The notes under the pieces are model-generated. The model saw nothing but the letters and a program-made list of their open reading frames with translations. It did not search any database and was not told the DNA's origin. A stretch of 63,344 bases of DNA, the filler included. It is 9 parts of 9 records of this genome, joined end to end, with 100 filler letters (N's around TTAATTAATTAA, not from the genome) between each part and the next. Parts side by side here need not be neighbours in the genome. Positions count along the whole stretch, not along the records: positions 41,266 to 46,408 come from SRR31147125_67560; positions 46,509 to 52,758 come from SRR31147125_67572; positions 52,859 to 57,999 come from SRR31147125_67600; 6 more parts are not named here. One strand, given 5' to 3'. This document shows, piece by piece, positions 41,418 to 53,116 of this stretch. The position numbers and the translations under genes were made by a program. Each line of letters begins with the position of its first letter. Positions within the stretch are counted from its first letter, which is position 1.

Positions 41418-42803
41418 TTACCCCTTCATCACCAGTTTGAAATACTGCCAGGTTATATACAAGGCCCCGGCGGCCGTATGACGATAAACCCGGAAGCCGT
41501 AATTCTTAAGGACATACCAGTGTCCCTTGAACCCGGTGCTCGTCTGATAGTAGACCCGGAGCATATTCCAGTAAAATGCACGCCGGCTCATCTTCTCGGG
41601 TTCGATCAGGATATGCGCCATATCCCAGAGATGGAAATTGTCCCGCGGGACAAGGATCTTATCCTTCATCTTCTCGTAAAGAGGTGTTCCGGGGATCGGT
41701 GTGATCGGCTGAACATTGAGCAGGGGCATCTTGAACTGCTTCAGGAATTTTATAAGGGTATTGAAGTTTTCACGGTCCCAGTCGGTCCCGACAATGATGC
41801 CGGAATAACATTCAATTCCCATTTCATCCAGAATCTGCACGGCCCTGGTATTCATGGCCACGGTCGTCTTTTTCTGGTAGCTTTCGAGTTCCTCTTCCTT
41901 GAAACTCTCGATGCCGACAAAAACCGCCTTCAGACCATGCTCCTTTAGAAGCCGAATGGTATCGGTATGCTCTGTGATAAAATCAGCCCGGCCAAAAAGA
42001 ATGAAGTTTTTCTTAATCTGCCTCTCATCCATCAGGGTGCAGAACTGCCGGATCCGGTCGATACTCACCAGGAAATCATCGTCGACGATGAAAATATTCT
42101 CTTCCTCGATACCGGCGATCTCTTCGACGACCTCCTCAATGGGACGCGCCCAGTAATTGCCTTGAGTGATGGCAATGCAGTAACAGAACTCACATTTATA
42201 GGGACAGCCGAAGCTCGTTTTCACAATGGCACATTTCTCATGAAAGATATAATTGTAGCGGTCCCGGTACTGCGCCGTCTTTGTCCGGTCGGGAAAGGGA
42301 TAATCCCCCCAGGCGGTCTCGATCTCACAGGGCTTATCCGGACCGTTCCAGAGACCCGGAACATCCCTGCGGATCGTCCCGGCACCGTCCCCTTTTTCAA
42401 GAGCGGTCGCCAGCTGGAGCATGGTTTTCATGCCGTTGGCCTTCACGACGTAATCCACCGCACTGTCAACAAAATCCTCAGGATTACACTCCGCGTGCAC
42501 CCCTCCCGCCACCACAGGCAGCCGGGGAAAACGGTCTTTCAATTGCCGGGCGTATTTAATGACCTGTCCCACATGGGGAATGTAGGCGGTAAAACCCACA
42601 AGATCGGGGTCCGTCTCCCGAATCATGGGAATAAACCGGGAATCGGGTTCCAGAATCATATCAATAATACGAACCCGGTGACCGGCCCCCTCCAGGACGG
42701 CACTCAGGTACTCAAGCTCCAAAGGCTCGCTGATCATGAATTTCTGCAGCCCGATGGATTCCGGGTGCGGTTTGGGTCGAACAAGTACGATACTTAAAGA
42801 CAT
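41418..42803 (-). CDS. Cobalamin-dependent radical SAM enzyme (class B methylase-like)
   Basis: EPLELEYL, VAGGVHA, SFGCPYKCEFC, FIVDDDF, VFVGIES, TPIPGTPLY. Confidence 0.9.
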   Translation of the reverse strand: MSLSIVLVRPKPHPESIGLQKFMISEPLELEYLSAVLEGAGHRVRIIDMILEPDSRFIPMIRETDPDLVGFTAYIPHVGQVIKYARQLKDRFPRLPVVAGGVHAECNPEDFVDSAVDYVVKANGMKTMLQLATALEKGDGAGTIRRDVPGLWNGPDKPCEIETAWGDYPFPDRTKTAQYRDRYNYIFHEKCAIVKTSFGCPYKCEFCYCIAITQGNYWARPIEEVVEEIAGIEEENIFIVDDDFLVSIDRIRQFCTLMDERQIKKNFILFGRADFITEHTDTIRLLKEHGLKAVFVGIESFKEEELESYQKKTTVAMNTRAVQILDEMGIECYSGIIVGTDWDRENFNTLIKFLKQFKMPLLNVQPITPIPGTPLYEKMKDKILVPRDNFHLWDMAHILIEPEKMSRRAFYWNMLRVYYQTSTGFKGHWYVLKNYGFRVYRHTAAGALYITWQYFKLVMKG

Positions 42804-42804
42804 T

Positions 42805-43832
42805 TCAGGTCACCTCACTTTTCTGAAGGTTGTTCTTATGGTGGAAAACATGGAAATGGTCCTGATCCAGCGGTTTGTATCCGATTTTATTTATGAATAA
42901 CCGGGTCAGTCCGTGGATCAGGGGATTAGAATGATGCAGGAGGGCGTACAGAGCCTGGTAGCGGGCCCCCAGCCGGAGCTTCGCTTCATCCGCCGTCTGC
43001 CCGAAATCGATTGTCGTAAAGCCGTTGTAGATTCCGTATTCCACAATGCGCACAAGAAGGCTGATATAGATATCATACTGCCTGTTGAGGGCATGATCGA
43101 ATCCGACGAATTCGAAAATCAACTCTTTACCGTTTTCGATCAGCTGGATAAAGCCGACATCCAGTCCATCGAGCGAGTAGACAAAGATGCGCGTCTGAGG
43201 CCCCTGGAAAAAAGCCTTGCCCAGTTTCTCGATCCGGTAGGGAGAGGCTTCATAGACCTCCTCGTAGAGCGAATAGAGCCTGTCGTCAAACTCTTCATTG
43301 TTTTCCAGCATACGGAAAAAAGGGGAGCCGAGCGTTTAAGGGCCAGTCTGTAGCGCCGCCGGTAGCTGCTTCGCAGATCCTTCAGATATTCATCCAGGCT
43401 TTTCCACTTTAAGGCCAGTACACAGCGGGGGAAGGTCGTTGTCTGAATAAATCCTGGCAGGGAGAAATCCTCCCGGGTATTCAGAAAAAGTTTATAGCCC
43501 TTGATGGACCGTAGAAACCGGGACACCTCCGGGAGCAGCTCTTCCCGGCCGGCATAACCGGGGCGGGTCACCGACAGGGGAACATAGATAAAGGTGATCG
43601 TCAGAGAGGCTTTCAGAGGTGTGAACATAAAGAGGTTGAACCGGGAACGACTGTAGGTCATAAGGATTGTATCGGCCTCACCGTTTTCATGATGAAAAAT
43701 ATAGTAGCGCTGCCCGCAGGGATCGGTCTCTTCGATGAATTCCAGAAAATCTTTCTTAAGATAGAAATTATCTCCGGTCAAATCATCCCATTCGCCAGGC
43801 AGCTCCTCGGCGCGCTGATACACCCTATACAT
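42805..43832 (-). CDS. GNAT-fold (FemAB-like) acyltransferase (frameshift near 43315)
   Basis: WKSLDEYLKDLRSSYRRRY; C-terminal half IDFGQTADEAKLRLGA. Confidence 0.75.
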
Positions 43833-44954
43833 AATCACCCTCTATTTTTTCACAGAACACTGAGTACCGCCGATCCACCTGCCCGCCCATTCCGAGGTTG
43901 AATCGGCGCGAATCTTCGTTACAGTCCCAGACAAAGTTCGTCTCTCCCCGGCTGTAGTCCAGACCGGCAGAATTCAGACCTGCCATGATTAGTCCCATGG
44001 CCGCTGCCGTTTTCCGGTACCGGGGCAAAATCCCGATTGCGTTGACCTTGAGTGTTTCAAAAGGCTTTCGGTGAAAAAGATAACGGAGTCCGAATTTGAC
44101 CACTGAATAGTATTGGCCGGGACGCAGGACCTCATTGAAGTCTGGATACCAGAAGAGAAACCCGATCTCCTCCTCCCCTTTCATAATAAAGACCAGGTAC
44201 TCCGGTTTCATGAAAAACTTCATTTCACTCATCAATTCGTAAAGCTGTTTTCCCGGGCGTTCAAAGTAGTAGCGGGTCTGACCCAGACAGCGGTTCGACA
44301 ACTCGCCAAAGAGGGTCATTTCGTCTTGCCATCGGTTCATATCCAGAAATCGGAAGGAAAACTGGGGATAGGAACGGGAAAATGGGCTGTAACGGCGGTC
44401 GAGTTCACGGGGGTCAAATTGATAGGTGGAGAGGGAGAATTCCTTCAGACCTCTCCGGTGGAAATAATCGGCGTAATAATCTTTATGATAGAGAGAGTCA
44501 AAACTGGTCGGTCTGCCCCAGCCGCCGGTCATAATCCCCACGCCATAGGCCAGATGCCCGTTGAGACCTGCCACTATCTCTTTACAGCCGTTTTCCCGCC
44601 CATGGGTTCGGGCCGCGGTTAAAAGCCGATCAACCGCCTCATTCTCCTCAGCCAGAGCTTCAAAAAAGGCGATCTGCAGCACCGGCAGACCGGGATGGGA
44701 CACGAAAATGCACTGGGCAAGAATCTCTTTGTGCCGTATCACCATAACAGGGAGAATCAAAGCCTCTTTACAGAAGGAATCCTTCCTTTTCAGAAAAATA
44801 TCGAGCACATAGAGGCTGCTCGCCACCCACCCGGAGTCTCCTTTGTAAAGATCCCGGGCGAACTTTCTGAATTGTCTCAATTCCCGGGGGTAACTGCTTT
44901 TTTGATGTCAAGTTTCGCCGTACTCCGCTGCTTGATAGATGAATGTTTGTTCAC
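43825..44954 (-). CDS. YghO/bacterial ceramide-synthase-like double-GNAT acyltransferase (G-run frameshift near 44883)
   Basis: IKKAVTPGELRQF...LYKGDSGWV...AFFEA...LYHKDYY...YPDFNEVL...GILPRYR...FVWDCNEDS. Confidence 0.7.
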
Positions 44955-45256
44955 GATACCGAATCGTAGGTTTTTATGATAAACATATCAAGGGTTTTCT
45001 CTTTTAAAAATAAAGGCGAGACAATTAGCACCTCCTACAATGCCTGACGGGCTATTTTCGAATGTATAATGAGGAGAATGAAGCCCCGTCGGGGAAGGCT
45101 TGTGCGACTCAACAAAATCCTCTAACATTATAGGTGTTTTTGCAAGAAGACATTTCCATTGTGCAACCAGAAGGAAAAACGACATGAAAAAAGTAATGCC
45201 CCCTATACATCCTGCGTAACCAACGGGAAGTAAATACTGTCTAACATCTTTATATC

Positions 45257-45826
45257 ATGGAGGAATGTATGTCCAAATTTATTTGTGTGATCTGTTTTCT
45301 GATTATCATTGCAGCCCCCATCTTCTGTCAGCAGCCCGATGGTCTGCTGTCTCTTGAACTTCTGGGTAAGGGTGCTTATGTCAGTTTAACCTATGAGCAG
45401 TACCTTACAGAGAACCTGTCTCTGGGCACCGGAATCGGAACTCCTTTTTTCTCCCGGGGAGATTTATCCAGGACTGTAAATTATCAAACCGAAAATGAAT
45501 ACAATGAAGACGGCACCTATTTTGATTTAATGATGTACCCTCCTCTCTACATTTCTTATTCATTTGGATCAGACACACACAGACTCCTGGCCACCCTCGG
45601 CGTTACTTTTTCAATATCTTTCTCATCTAATCTTTATCCTTCGGGAAGGGAGAACAGTTTTGAGATCCAGCCCATCCCATTTTTTGGTGCAGGTTATGAA
45701 TACAGAGGAGATGAGTGGTTTGGGCGGATAGTTCCCTATGTTGCCTATCTGGGTGAAGATTCCGGCTGGTTCCCGAGTTTCATGCCCTGGATTGGCGCTG
45801 CTGTTGGAAAAACTGTGGATTATTAG
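45257..45826 (+). CDS. Exported hypothetical protein, possible small beta-barrel
   Basis: Signal peptide, LELLGKG, alternating aromatic strands. Confidence 0.65.
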   Translation: MEECMSKFICVICFLIIIAAPIFCQQPDGLLSLELLGKGAYVSLTYEQYLTENLSLGTGIGTPFFSRGDLSRTVNYQTENEYNEDGTYFDLMMYPPLYISYSFGSDTHRLLATLGVTFSISFSSNLYPSGRENSFEIQPIPFFGAGYEYRGDEWFGRIVPYVAYLGEDSGWFPSFMPWIGAAVGKTVDY

Positions 45827-45853
45827 TTATAATGCATCTCTGGAGGCTCTAAA

Positions 45854-46243
45854 ATGAGAAAAACTATTGTCCTACTTGCATTAACATTGGTTGTCTTCGC
45901 CGGTTGCGGAACAATCAAGAATACTCTTACAGAAGAAAAGTACTCTACAGTGACCATCGTGATTGACATGCCCGAATTCGGGGGTATGGACGCCGGCTGC
46001 AATGCCGTGGATATGCAGGGAACGAACCGAGCCGTATCCAACTGGCTGTACCTCGATGATAATGGATATGTGAAAAAGACCCTTGAGATGAACGGTCAGA
46101 ATGTGCGCTTCTCAATCGGGGAAGAGCTGGATGTCAGCTGCAATGTCTGGGTCGGTCCTCAGGAAGACAACGATTATCGCTTCTCTCAGATTAAAAAAAT
46201 TGTAGTCACAAAAGATACAGTCGTGGTTTTCGACGGGAAGTAG
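45854..46243 (+). CDS. Hypothetical lipoprotein
   Basis: GGAGG RBS; lipobox FAGC. Confidence 0.72.
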   Translation: MRKTIVLLALTLVVFAGCGTIKNTLTEEKYSTVTIVIDMPEFGGMDAGCNAVDMQGTNRAVSNWLYLDDNGYVKKTLEMNGQNVRFSIGEELDVSCNVWVGPQEDNDYRFSQIKKIVVTKDTVVVFDGK

Positions 46244-46321
46244 AATTCGACCCGGTTATAAAGACTTTGCGGTCAATCGCTCATTAGCTATAAACTTGCT
46301 GTCCGCAATAGAGGAATGAAA

Positions 46322-46408
46322 ATGTCTGAAATCAGTAAAGAAAAACTTGTGGAAGAAGCCTGGAATGCCCGTGAAAACGTAACCGTCAATTTCGCAGGCC
46401 CTGCCAAA
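46322..46408 (+). CDS. N-terminus of a truncated gene, possibly cytidine deaminase-like
   Basis: GAGG RBS; MSEISKEKLVEEAWNARENV; too short for a firm call. Confidence 0.3.
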
Positions 46409-46508
46409 NNNNNNNNNNNNNNNNNNNNNNNNNNNNNNNNNNNNNNNNNNNNTTAATTAATTAANNNNNNNNNNNNNNNNNNNNNNNNNNNNNNNNNNNN
46501 NNNNNNNN

Positions 46509-48822
46509 CGGCCACCTGGCCCACCAGGGCATGTTTGGCCTGGGTGGCGGCAAAGGCCTGTGCCTCCATTTTTTCCTTTTCCGCCCGTTTCCGGTCCGTA
46601 ATGTCCCGAAGGGCCGTAATCCGGATTTCAGAGCTGCCCTCCACACTCATCCGGGCCTGGATTTCGCAGGGAAAAACCACCCCGTCCTTTTTCAGGGCCA
46701 TGGCCTCGTACTGCCCCTCAAATCCCTGGGTGATCATCTGGGTGACCCGTTCCCTGAATTCCGGCGCGATCCATTCGATACCCGGCCTGCCCAGGGCCTC
46801 CTCCAGGGTATATCCGAACATTTTTTCCGCCGTCATATTCTGGCCGATACAGACCCCCTCCCTGGACAGAAAAATAGCTTCAAAAGAGGCATCGGACAAT
46901 TGCTTGTACAGGTCCTTAAGCCTGCGGTACCGCTGCTGGTTCTCCTGGAGGGCCAGCTCCCGTTCCTTAAGGGAAGAGATATCGTGGAAAATAACAATAC
47001 CGGAAAGGATCTCCCCCAGGGCGTCCCGGACCGGCGCCGCATTCACGGACAGCCACCGGTTCTGCCCTTTTGCATCCTTGATGATCAATTCCTGGTTCCG
47101 GGTCACCCTGCCCTGGTGGACCGCCCGGTACAGGGGCAGGTCCTTGCCCATGCAGGGACGTCCCTGGCTGTCATAGACCTCCCACTGGTTAAAATAGGCC
47201 TTAAGATCCACACGGTCCAGATCCATATCGGTATCCCCCCGGATCTCAAACGCGGCCAGATTGGCCCGCTGGATGTCCAGATTCCTGGCATCTGCGATAA
47301 TGATGCCCGAAGGGGACTGGGATACGGCCTGATCCAGAATCTGGCCCACTTCCCTTTCCGCGTTCTGTGCCCGCTCCCGTTCCAGGATCTCCCGGTTTAG
47401 GGTCCGGTTCAGCCGCACCAGCTCCATGGTCCTTCGGGCCACACGCTCTTCCAGTTCCTCATTGTAATTCTGCATCTGACGGGTCAACGCATGGTTTTCC
47501 CTGAAAATATTCTCAATGGTGGAAAACCAGGGTTTCCACATGGCCGGGACCGGATTGGGCACCGTATCAAACCGGCCCTTGCTGAGCCGCAAAATATACC
47601 GGACAAACCGATCCGAGGGCCGGACAAAGAGCATATGGTTGGCAAAAAGGACCCCGAGCACCAGAACCGAAAGGGCCATGAAAAGCAAAAATGGTTCCGG
47701 GCCCACCCAGTCCATGACCAGGGCCCATTTTGACGGCAGTTCTTCCAGGTAAACCGTTTGCCAGGGCGCATTGGAAAGGGAGGCATGGACAAGACGGTAT
47801 CCGTCTTTTTCATATACTTTGAAGGCCGGGATACCGTCCAGGTCTTTGAGAGAAAGGCCAAAGCTCTTGGGCACCACGCCGGTAAAGAATTGAATGGCCG
47901 TATCCTTAGACGATACGAGTTCCGGATGGGCCAGAATCTGGGCCTGGGCATTGACCAGAAAAAGTGTGCCCCGTTCCCGGCGAAACGTCGAAACAACCGT
48001 ATTTAAAAAATCAATGGTAAGATCCACGGCCAGGGTGCCCGTATACCGGTCTTTATCATAGACCGGAATCCCGCAGGTGGCCATGAGTCCCTTACCCGCC
48101 TCATCCGTGTATACCGGGGTCCAGAAACACTGCCTGTCCGGATTCGTCCTGGGAAGGGACAATTGGTAAAAATCCTTTTCATAGGTTTCCGCATTGAGTT
48201 TCCATTGGGAGGAAGAGACCCAGGGATAAAGGAAAATAAAGGATCGGGCCGATAAATAATAAATCCAGGACCTGGTCTTCAGGCTCCGTTGGACCGAGGG
48301 GAACAAAGGGTTTAATGACAGGGCCGCCCGGATCTCCCTTAGAAGATCTTTCGGCGCTTCTTTGTAGACGCCTATCCCGGTCAGGTTTCCGGTGCGCTCT
48401 CTTTCCCGTTTCCCGGCAATACGGTCCAGGTGGTAAAACCCGTTGGCCTGGTCGACCAGGTCTGCCGCAGGGGGCATGGTAACCCGTTGCCATCCCCTGG
48501 TGGTATCCAGGTCGGCTTCGACCAGGGTTTTCATGGCGTCCAGGCCGTACCGGATCTGGGCCAGGAGGGTATCCAGGTAAATCACCCTGTCCCTGAAATC
48601 CGCTTCAAGCACCCTTTTATCCCTGTCCTCATGTTCCTGGAAATCCAGGGTCATGACCACTATGGCGCTGAGAATCAGTCCGACCAGGACAAGGACGATT
48701 CCCTGGGCATTGCGGATATGAAACCGGATGACAGGGGAAGATTCCATTCCGGCAGGTGCGTTTTTGAACGTATCAGGCATCTGATTCCGCTTGGACTCCG
48801 GTGATCGCTTTTCAATCATCAA
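46509..48822 (-). CDS. Membrane dCache + PAS-PAS sensor histidine kinase (3' truncated)
   Basis: TM, FWTPVYTDEAGKGLM (Cache), TM, coiled coil, two PAS/PAC domains, ends KHALVGQVA just before the H-box. Confidence 0.85.
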
Positions 48823-48932
48823 TCAGGGCTGCCCCCAGTGCTCCAAAAATATGTAATTTAAGTATTCATGCCGTATCGGTTAGATGTTTCAAAAAGGCTA
48901 TCATAAAAACCAGCCGAGCCAAAGCAAATTTT

Positions 48933-51900
48933 TCAGGCGCCTGACACCAGCCTGCGGTACAGCACCCGGGTTTCCTCGCTCACGCCGCAGTCCAGTTCCT
49001 CCTGGATATCCTGGCTGAAATTCTTGTACAGCCGTGAAACCATAAGGATATTCCCGGTACAGGCGTGGTATTCCATCAGCTTCCGTACCACCCTTTCGGC
49101 TAACCGGTCATGATTCAGATAGGTCATTGCCGTTGAAATACAAAGACTGTATTCCCGGTTCCTCTCATGAAAATCCATGATCCGGTTCAGCACGGACAGA
49201 TAGACCTGCTCATATTCCTCCCGCATCCGGGCGCACCAGTCTTCATAGGGGTCTTCCCTGAGAAAAGGTCCTTTGTAAAGGGCCACAGCCTTTTGATACC
49301 GGGCATGGGCCGATTCAGGGTCCGGTTCGGCCCCGGCCGACGCCACCATCTGTTTAAAGTCCCTGATATCCACCCGGCCCTCTTTTCCCAGGGCAATCCT
49401 GTAGGCCTGGCCCGACCGGCGGATATAGGAGGACCTGACCCCCCTATTGATATCCGGCTCCAGGGTTCTGCGGATGGATGCCATGGCCACATGAAACCGC
49501 TGGGCACTTTTCCGAGGATCTTCCTCGGGCCAGGCCAGTTCCATGAGGATATCCCGGTCCATAAACCCTTTTTCCCCCCTGGCCAGCAGATATTTAAACA
49601 GGGTCAATGCCTTTCTGCTCTTCCAATGTTCCGGCAGGATCTCCCGTTTGCCCACAAAAACACGGAACCGGCCGAAAAAAAAGGCAGACAGGGGGACAGG
49701 ATCCGGTCTGGGCACCAGGGCGCCAAGGGACGCCGCCGCCTTCCGGATCTTTGGGGAGGATCCTGCCTGGAGCATAAAAAGCCCCTGGCCCACAGCCGGG
49801 GTCATCTGCCTGAACAGGGATCCGATATAGGATGACATGGACCCCATGGAAAACATGGAAACCAGCAGGGGAAGGATATGGGCCGCTTCCCCGGCCACCC
49901 AGGCGTCATAGGATTCCTCCTCTGCGATTTTCAGGGCATAAACCATGTATTTATAGGCGGTTTCCCTGTGACCATGGGCCCAATAATACCTGGCAAATAT
50001 CCTGGATATCATTGACATATGCCAGCCTGAATAGAGCAATTCCTGTTCAGCCCCCTTGAGCAGGGTAAAGGCCTCCTGTTTACGCGGCTGCTCCCTGTCA
50101 AAAAGCAGAAGGGCGGACAGGGCCACGCTAAGTTCGTTCCTTACCAGGGGGATGTCCTTTTCCCGGATGGCTGCCATGCCTTTACGCAAACTCTGCTCGG
50201 CCCGGCGGACCTCCCCTTTGCGCATCCAGGCCCGGTGAAGCACCAGATAGGCCTGGGCGGTCCCTTCGGGAAAGGACCGGGCCTCAAAGGCGGCCAGGCT
50301 TTTTTCCACGTCTTCCAGGGCCCGGTCCACCTCTTCGGAGGAAACCTGGTCCATCTCCAGGCTGTTTTTGGCCCTGAGCAATACCAGAAACTCGGCGAAT
50401 TCATCGGATATCCCCTTGTCCCGGGCCAGGTGAATCCCTTCCCGGGCCGCGGCCACCCCCTTGTGAACCGCCCCAGGTAAAAACAGGCATAGGAGATGAG
50501 AAAATAGGTGGAAAACAGACACCTGTGCTCCCCAACAGCCCCGAACAGGGACTTGGCATCCTCCCCCAGGGCCATGGCCTTTTCATATCCGCCTGAATAG
50601 ACGGACCGGAATCCCCGGGCCACATCAATCCATGCCCGCCCCATCTTGAGTTCCTCATCCTTGTCAAGGGTGTCCACCAGGGCCACGGCCTTTCTGGCAT
50701 ACCGGTCCGCATCCTGGGGGCGGCCGGCCAGGGCAAGGATACGGATCAGATATCCCATGACCAACACGGTTAAATAGGCATCCAGCTTATCCTTGACCAG
50801 AATCTTTGTATAGGCCTGCTCCGCCTGTTTCAGGTCACCGTCGGCCAGGTAATATTCCGCCAGTTCCATGAGGACCAGGCACTCCCCCTGTTCATCCTTT
50901 TGGCTGCGAAACACCCTCAACACCTTTTCATAGGCTTTCACCGCCGTCCGCAGCTGGCTGCAGAGCCCGTAATACCCGGCCTGGAGGTATTGGAACCAGG
51001 GTTCGTCATCCATATACTGGGACGGGATGACGGATAATAAGGATTTCAGCATATGGGGCCGGTCCTGTTTGATCATGGGCCGGGCGAACCGGTTGGCCAG
51101 GCGGGAAGCGTCATCCATATTTCCGGCCTGGATATGATGGATCAGGGCTTCCTGGCCCTGGTCCTTTTTTTCATAGAGCCGGGCCGCCCGGGCAAAAAGA
51201 CGGCCGGGCTGGCCGGCCCCCAGCTCATCCCGGATCCTGTCCCTCAGAAATTCCCGGAAAAGGGGATGATAATAAAAGCGGTTCCGGTCTTCATTGGCGG
51301 AAAAAACAAAGCAATGCCGGTCTTCAAGGGTGCAGAGCACCTTTCTGGCATCCTCACGTTCCAGGTATAGGCTGCAAAACGCCGCATCCAACTGGTTTAA
51401 AATCGATGTTTTCAGCATAAATACCTGAAGCGGCCTGGGCATCGAATCGTAGACATTCTCCTTCATATAGTCGGCGATGAGGCGGTGGGATCCCTTAAGC
51501 CTGGAAATAGCCGCCTTGATTTCCGGGCCGGTCCGCTGCCCCAGGGACTGGTAAAAGAGGACCAGCCCTCCCGGCCACCCCCGGGTTTTCTCCCTGAGAT
51601 CTTCAATCTGATCCCAGGGCAGATCAAGGCCGAACACCCTGGAATAGAGGCGCGCCACCTCTTCCGGAGAGAATGCCAGGTCCTGTTCGGTCACCCTGGC
51701 CACCTGGCGCCGGGCCATGAGCCTGGAAATCTTCAATCCCGGCACGGTCCTCCCCGAAAGGATGATCCGGAATCCCGGGATAAACCGGTCCAGGGCCACC
51801 TGGAAAAAGGATAGGATGTCCCGGGACCGGTCCAGAAGATGGCTGTCATCCATGACCAGAACAAGGTCCCGTGTCAGACTGGCGGCCACAAGATCCAGAT

Positions 51901-52294
51901 AATCCCAGGCCAGGGCATCAATATCCGTGCCCCCCTCTCCGGTAACCGAATGGATATCCAATACCCTGGAGGGGTCAAAACCCGGATAATACCCGGCCAA
52001 AGCCCCGGCCAGGAGCCTGAGGAAACCGGGCAGGTCCCGGTCCGACGCATCGGTACGGAACCAGACCAGGTCCATGCCGGTCATGGCGGCGGCCTGGGCG
52101 GCAAATACGGTTTTCCCGTACCCGGGCCCGGCTGTGATCAGGGTCAGTTTGTGGGTTGCCGTAGCCTCCAACGCCGCCCCCTGCGGGGAATGGCACCTGA
52201 GATATCCGGCAGGGTTAATTTGGCGGATCGATTGCCCATGGCGCTGCCTTAAATAAACACGAATTGGTAAACCGATACTTGTCCAGCCGACCAC
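48933..52294 (-). CDS. MalT-like STAND ATPase - TPR - wHTH/BTAD activator (frameshift near 50465)
   Basis: AGPGYGKT, LVMDDSH, TRGWPGGL, YHPLFREFL; FFGRFRV...WKSRKA...WPE...LYKGPFL...EDW (BTAD). Confidence 0.87.
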
Positions 52295-52384
52295 CAGAAA
52301 TCAGAATATGACGAAGATCAATTGATTTGGAGATACCCTATCTATATCCGGGGACCCAAGCCCAAAGCAAGAAAAAAAAAGCGA

Positions 52385-52436
52385 TTTAGTTAATTTTTAA
52401 GTTCTGCTTAACCCCCATTTAGTCCAGACGTATTAT
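52385..52436 (+). promoter_or_regulatory. Four 11-bp-phased direct repeats followed by a -10 element
   Basis: TTAGT/TTAAG/TTAAC/TTAGT starting at 52386, 52397, 52408 and 52419; TATTAT at 52431. Confidence 0.5.
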
Positions 52437-52578
52437 ACGGAATTCTTAAGATTGGGTAAGGCATCTTCTTTTTTCCGGCCGGTCTTCCCAAACCAGAATC
52501 GAAGGGGGGTGATAGGCATTTTTGACCGCTTATTATAGGGCAAGCGCGCAAATTCATCCATACAAACAGGAGGGTATC

Positions 52579-52758
52579 ATGGAACCAAAAACCTGGGTCT
52601 TTCTATTATTGGGACTCTACATCGTCTATTGTTTCTGGTGGGGGCTGCGGGGATTCTTTACGGAAAAAACCGCATCCGGCTACAGCATTGCCGGCCGGTC
52701 CATCCCCTTTATCGCCTTTCTCATGGCGGCCACGGCTGCCTCTTTTTCCGGGTGGACC
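52579..52758 (+). CDS. Sodium:solute symporter (N-terminus only)
   Basis: AGGAGG RBS; YSIAGRSIP...ATAASFSGWT. Confidence 0.85.
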
Positions 52759-53116
52759 NNNNNNNNNNNNNNNNNNNNNNNNNNNNNNNNNNNNNNNNNN
52801 NNTTAATTAATTAANNNNNNNNNNNNNNNNNNNNNNNNNNNNNNNNNNNNNNNNNNNNTTTTCAAAGATCAGAAGAAATAAAACTTCTTTTCTCACCTTT
52901 CGGCCAATACCGAGTATCTCATTTAAACATTCATACCAAACAAATAAAAAAGACACATCTGAATTTGGACAAAAAAAATCTTTTTGAGAGCGCGCTCTGT
53001 TTTGAGAAGCGCTGCCGTCTCAAAAAGACTTGGGCGTTATACATGCATGATATTCGCCTGTCAAACACTTTTTTCAATAAAGATCATTTTTTTCGAAAAA
53101 AGAAAGGCCGAACCAT

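Noticed and set aside
732-42797. Long antisense ORFs such as 732-1580, 15395-16480, 19352-20410, 35280-37169, 37898-38809 and 41967-42797
   Set aside because: Shadow ORFs opposite well-supported genes in GC-rich DNA, with no recognisable motifs.
52424-52441. GACGTATTATACG resembles the palindrome of the NrfD modules
   Set aside because: Different contig and organism, flanks do not match, and it is better explained as a -10 region.
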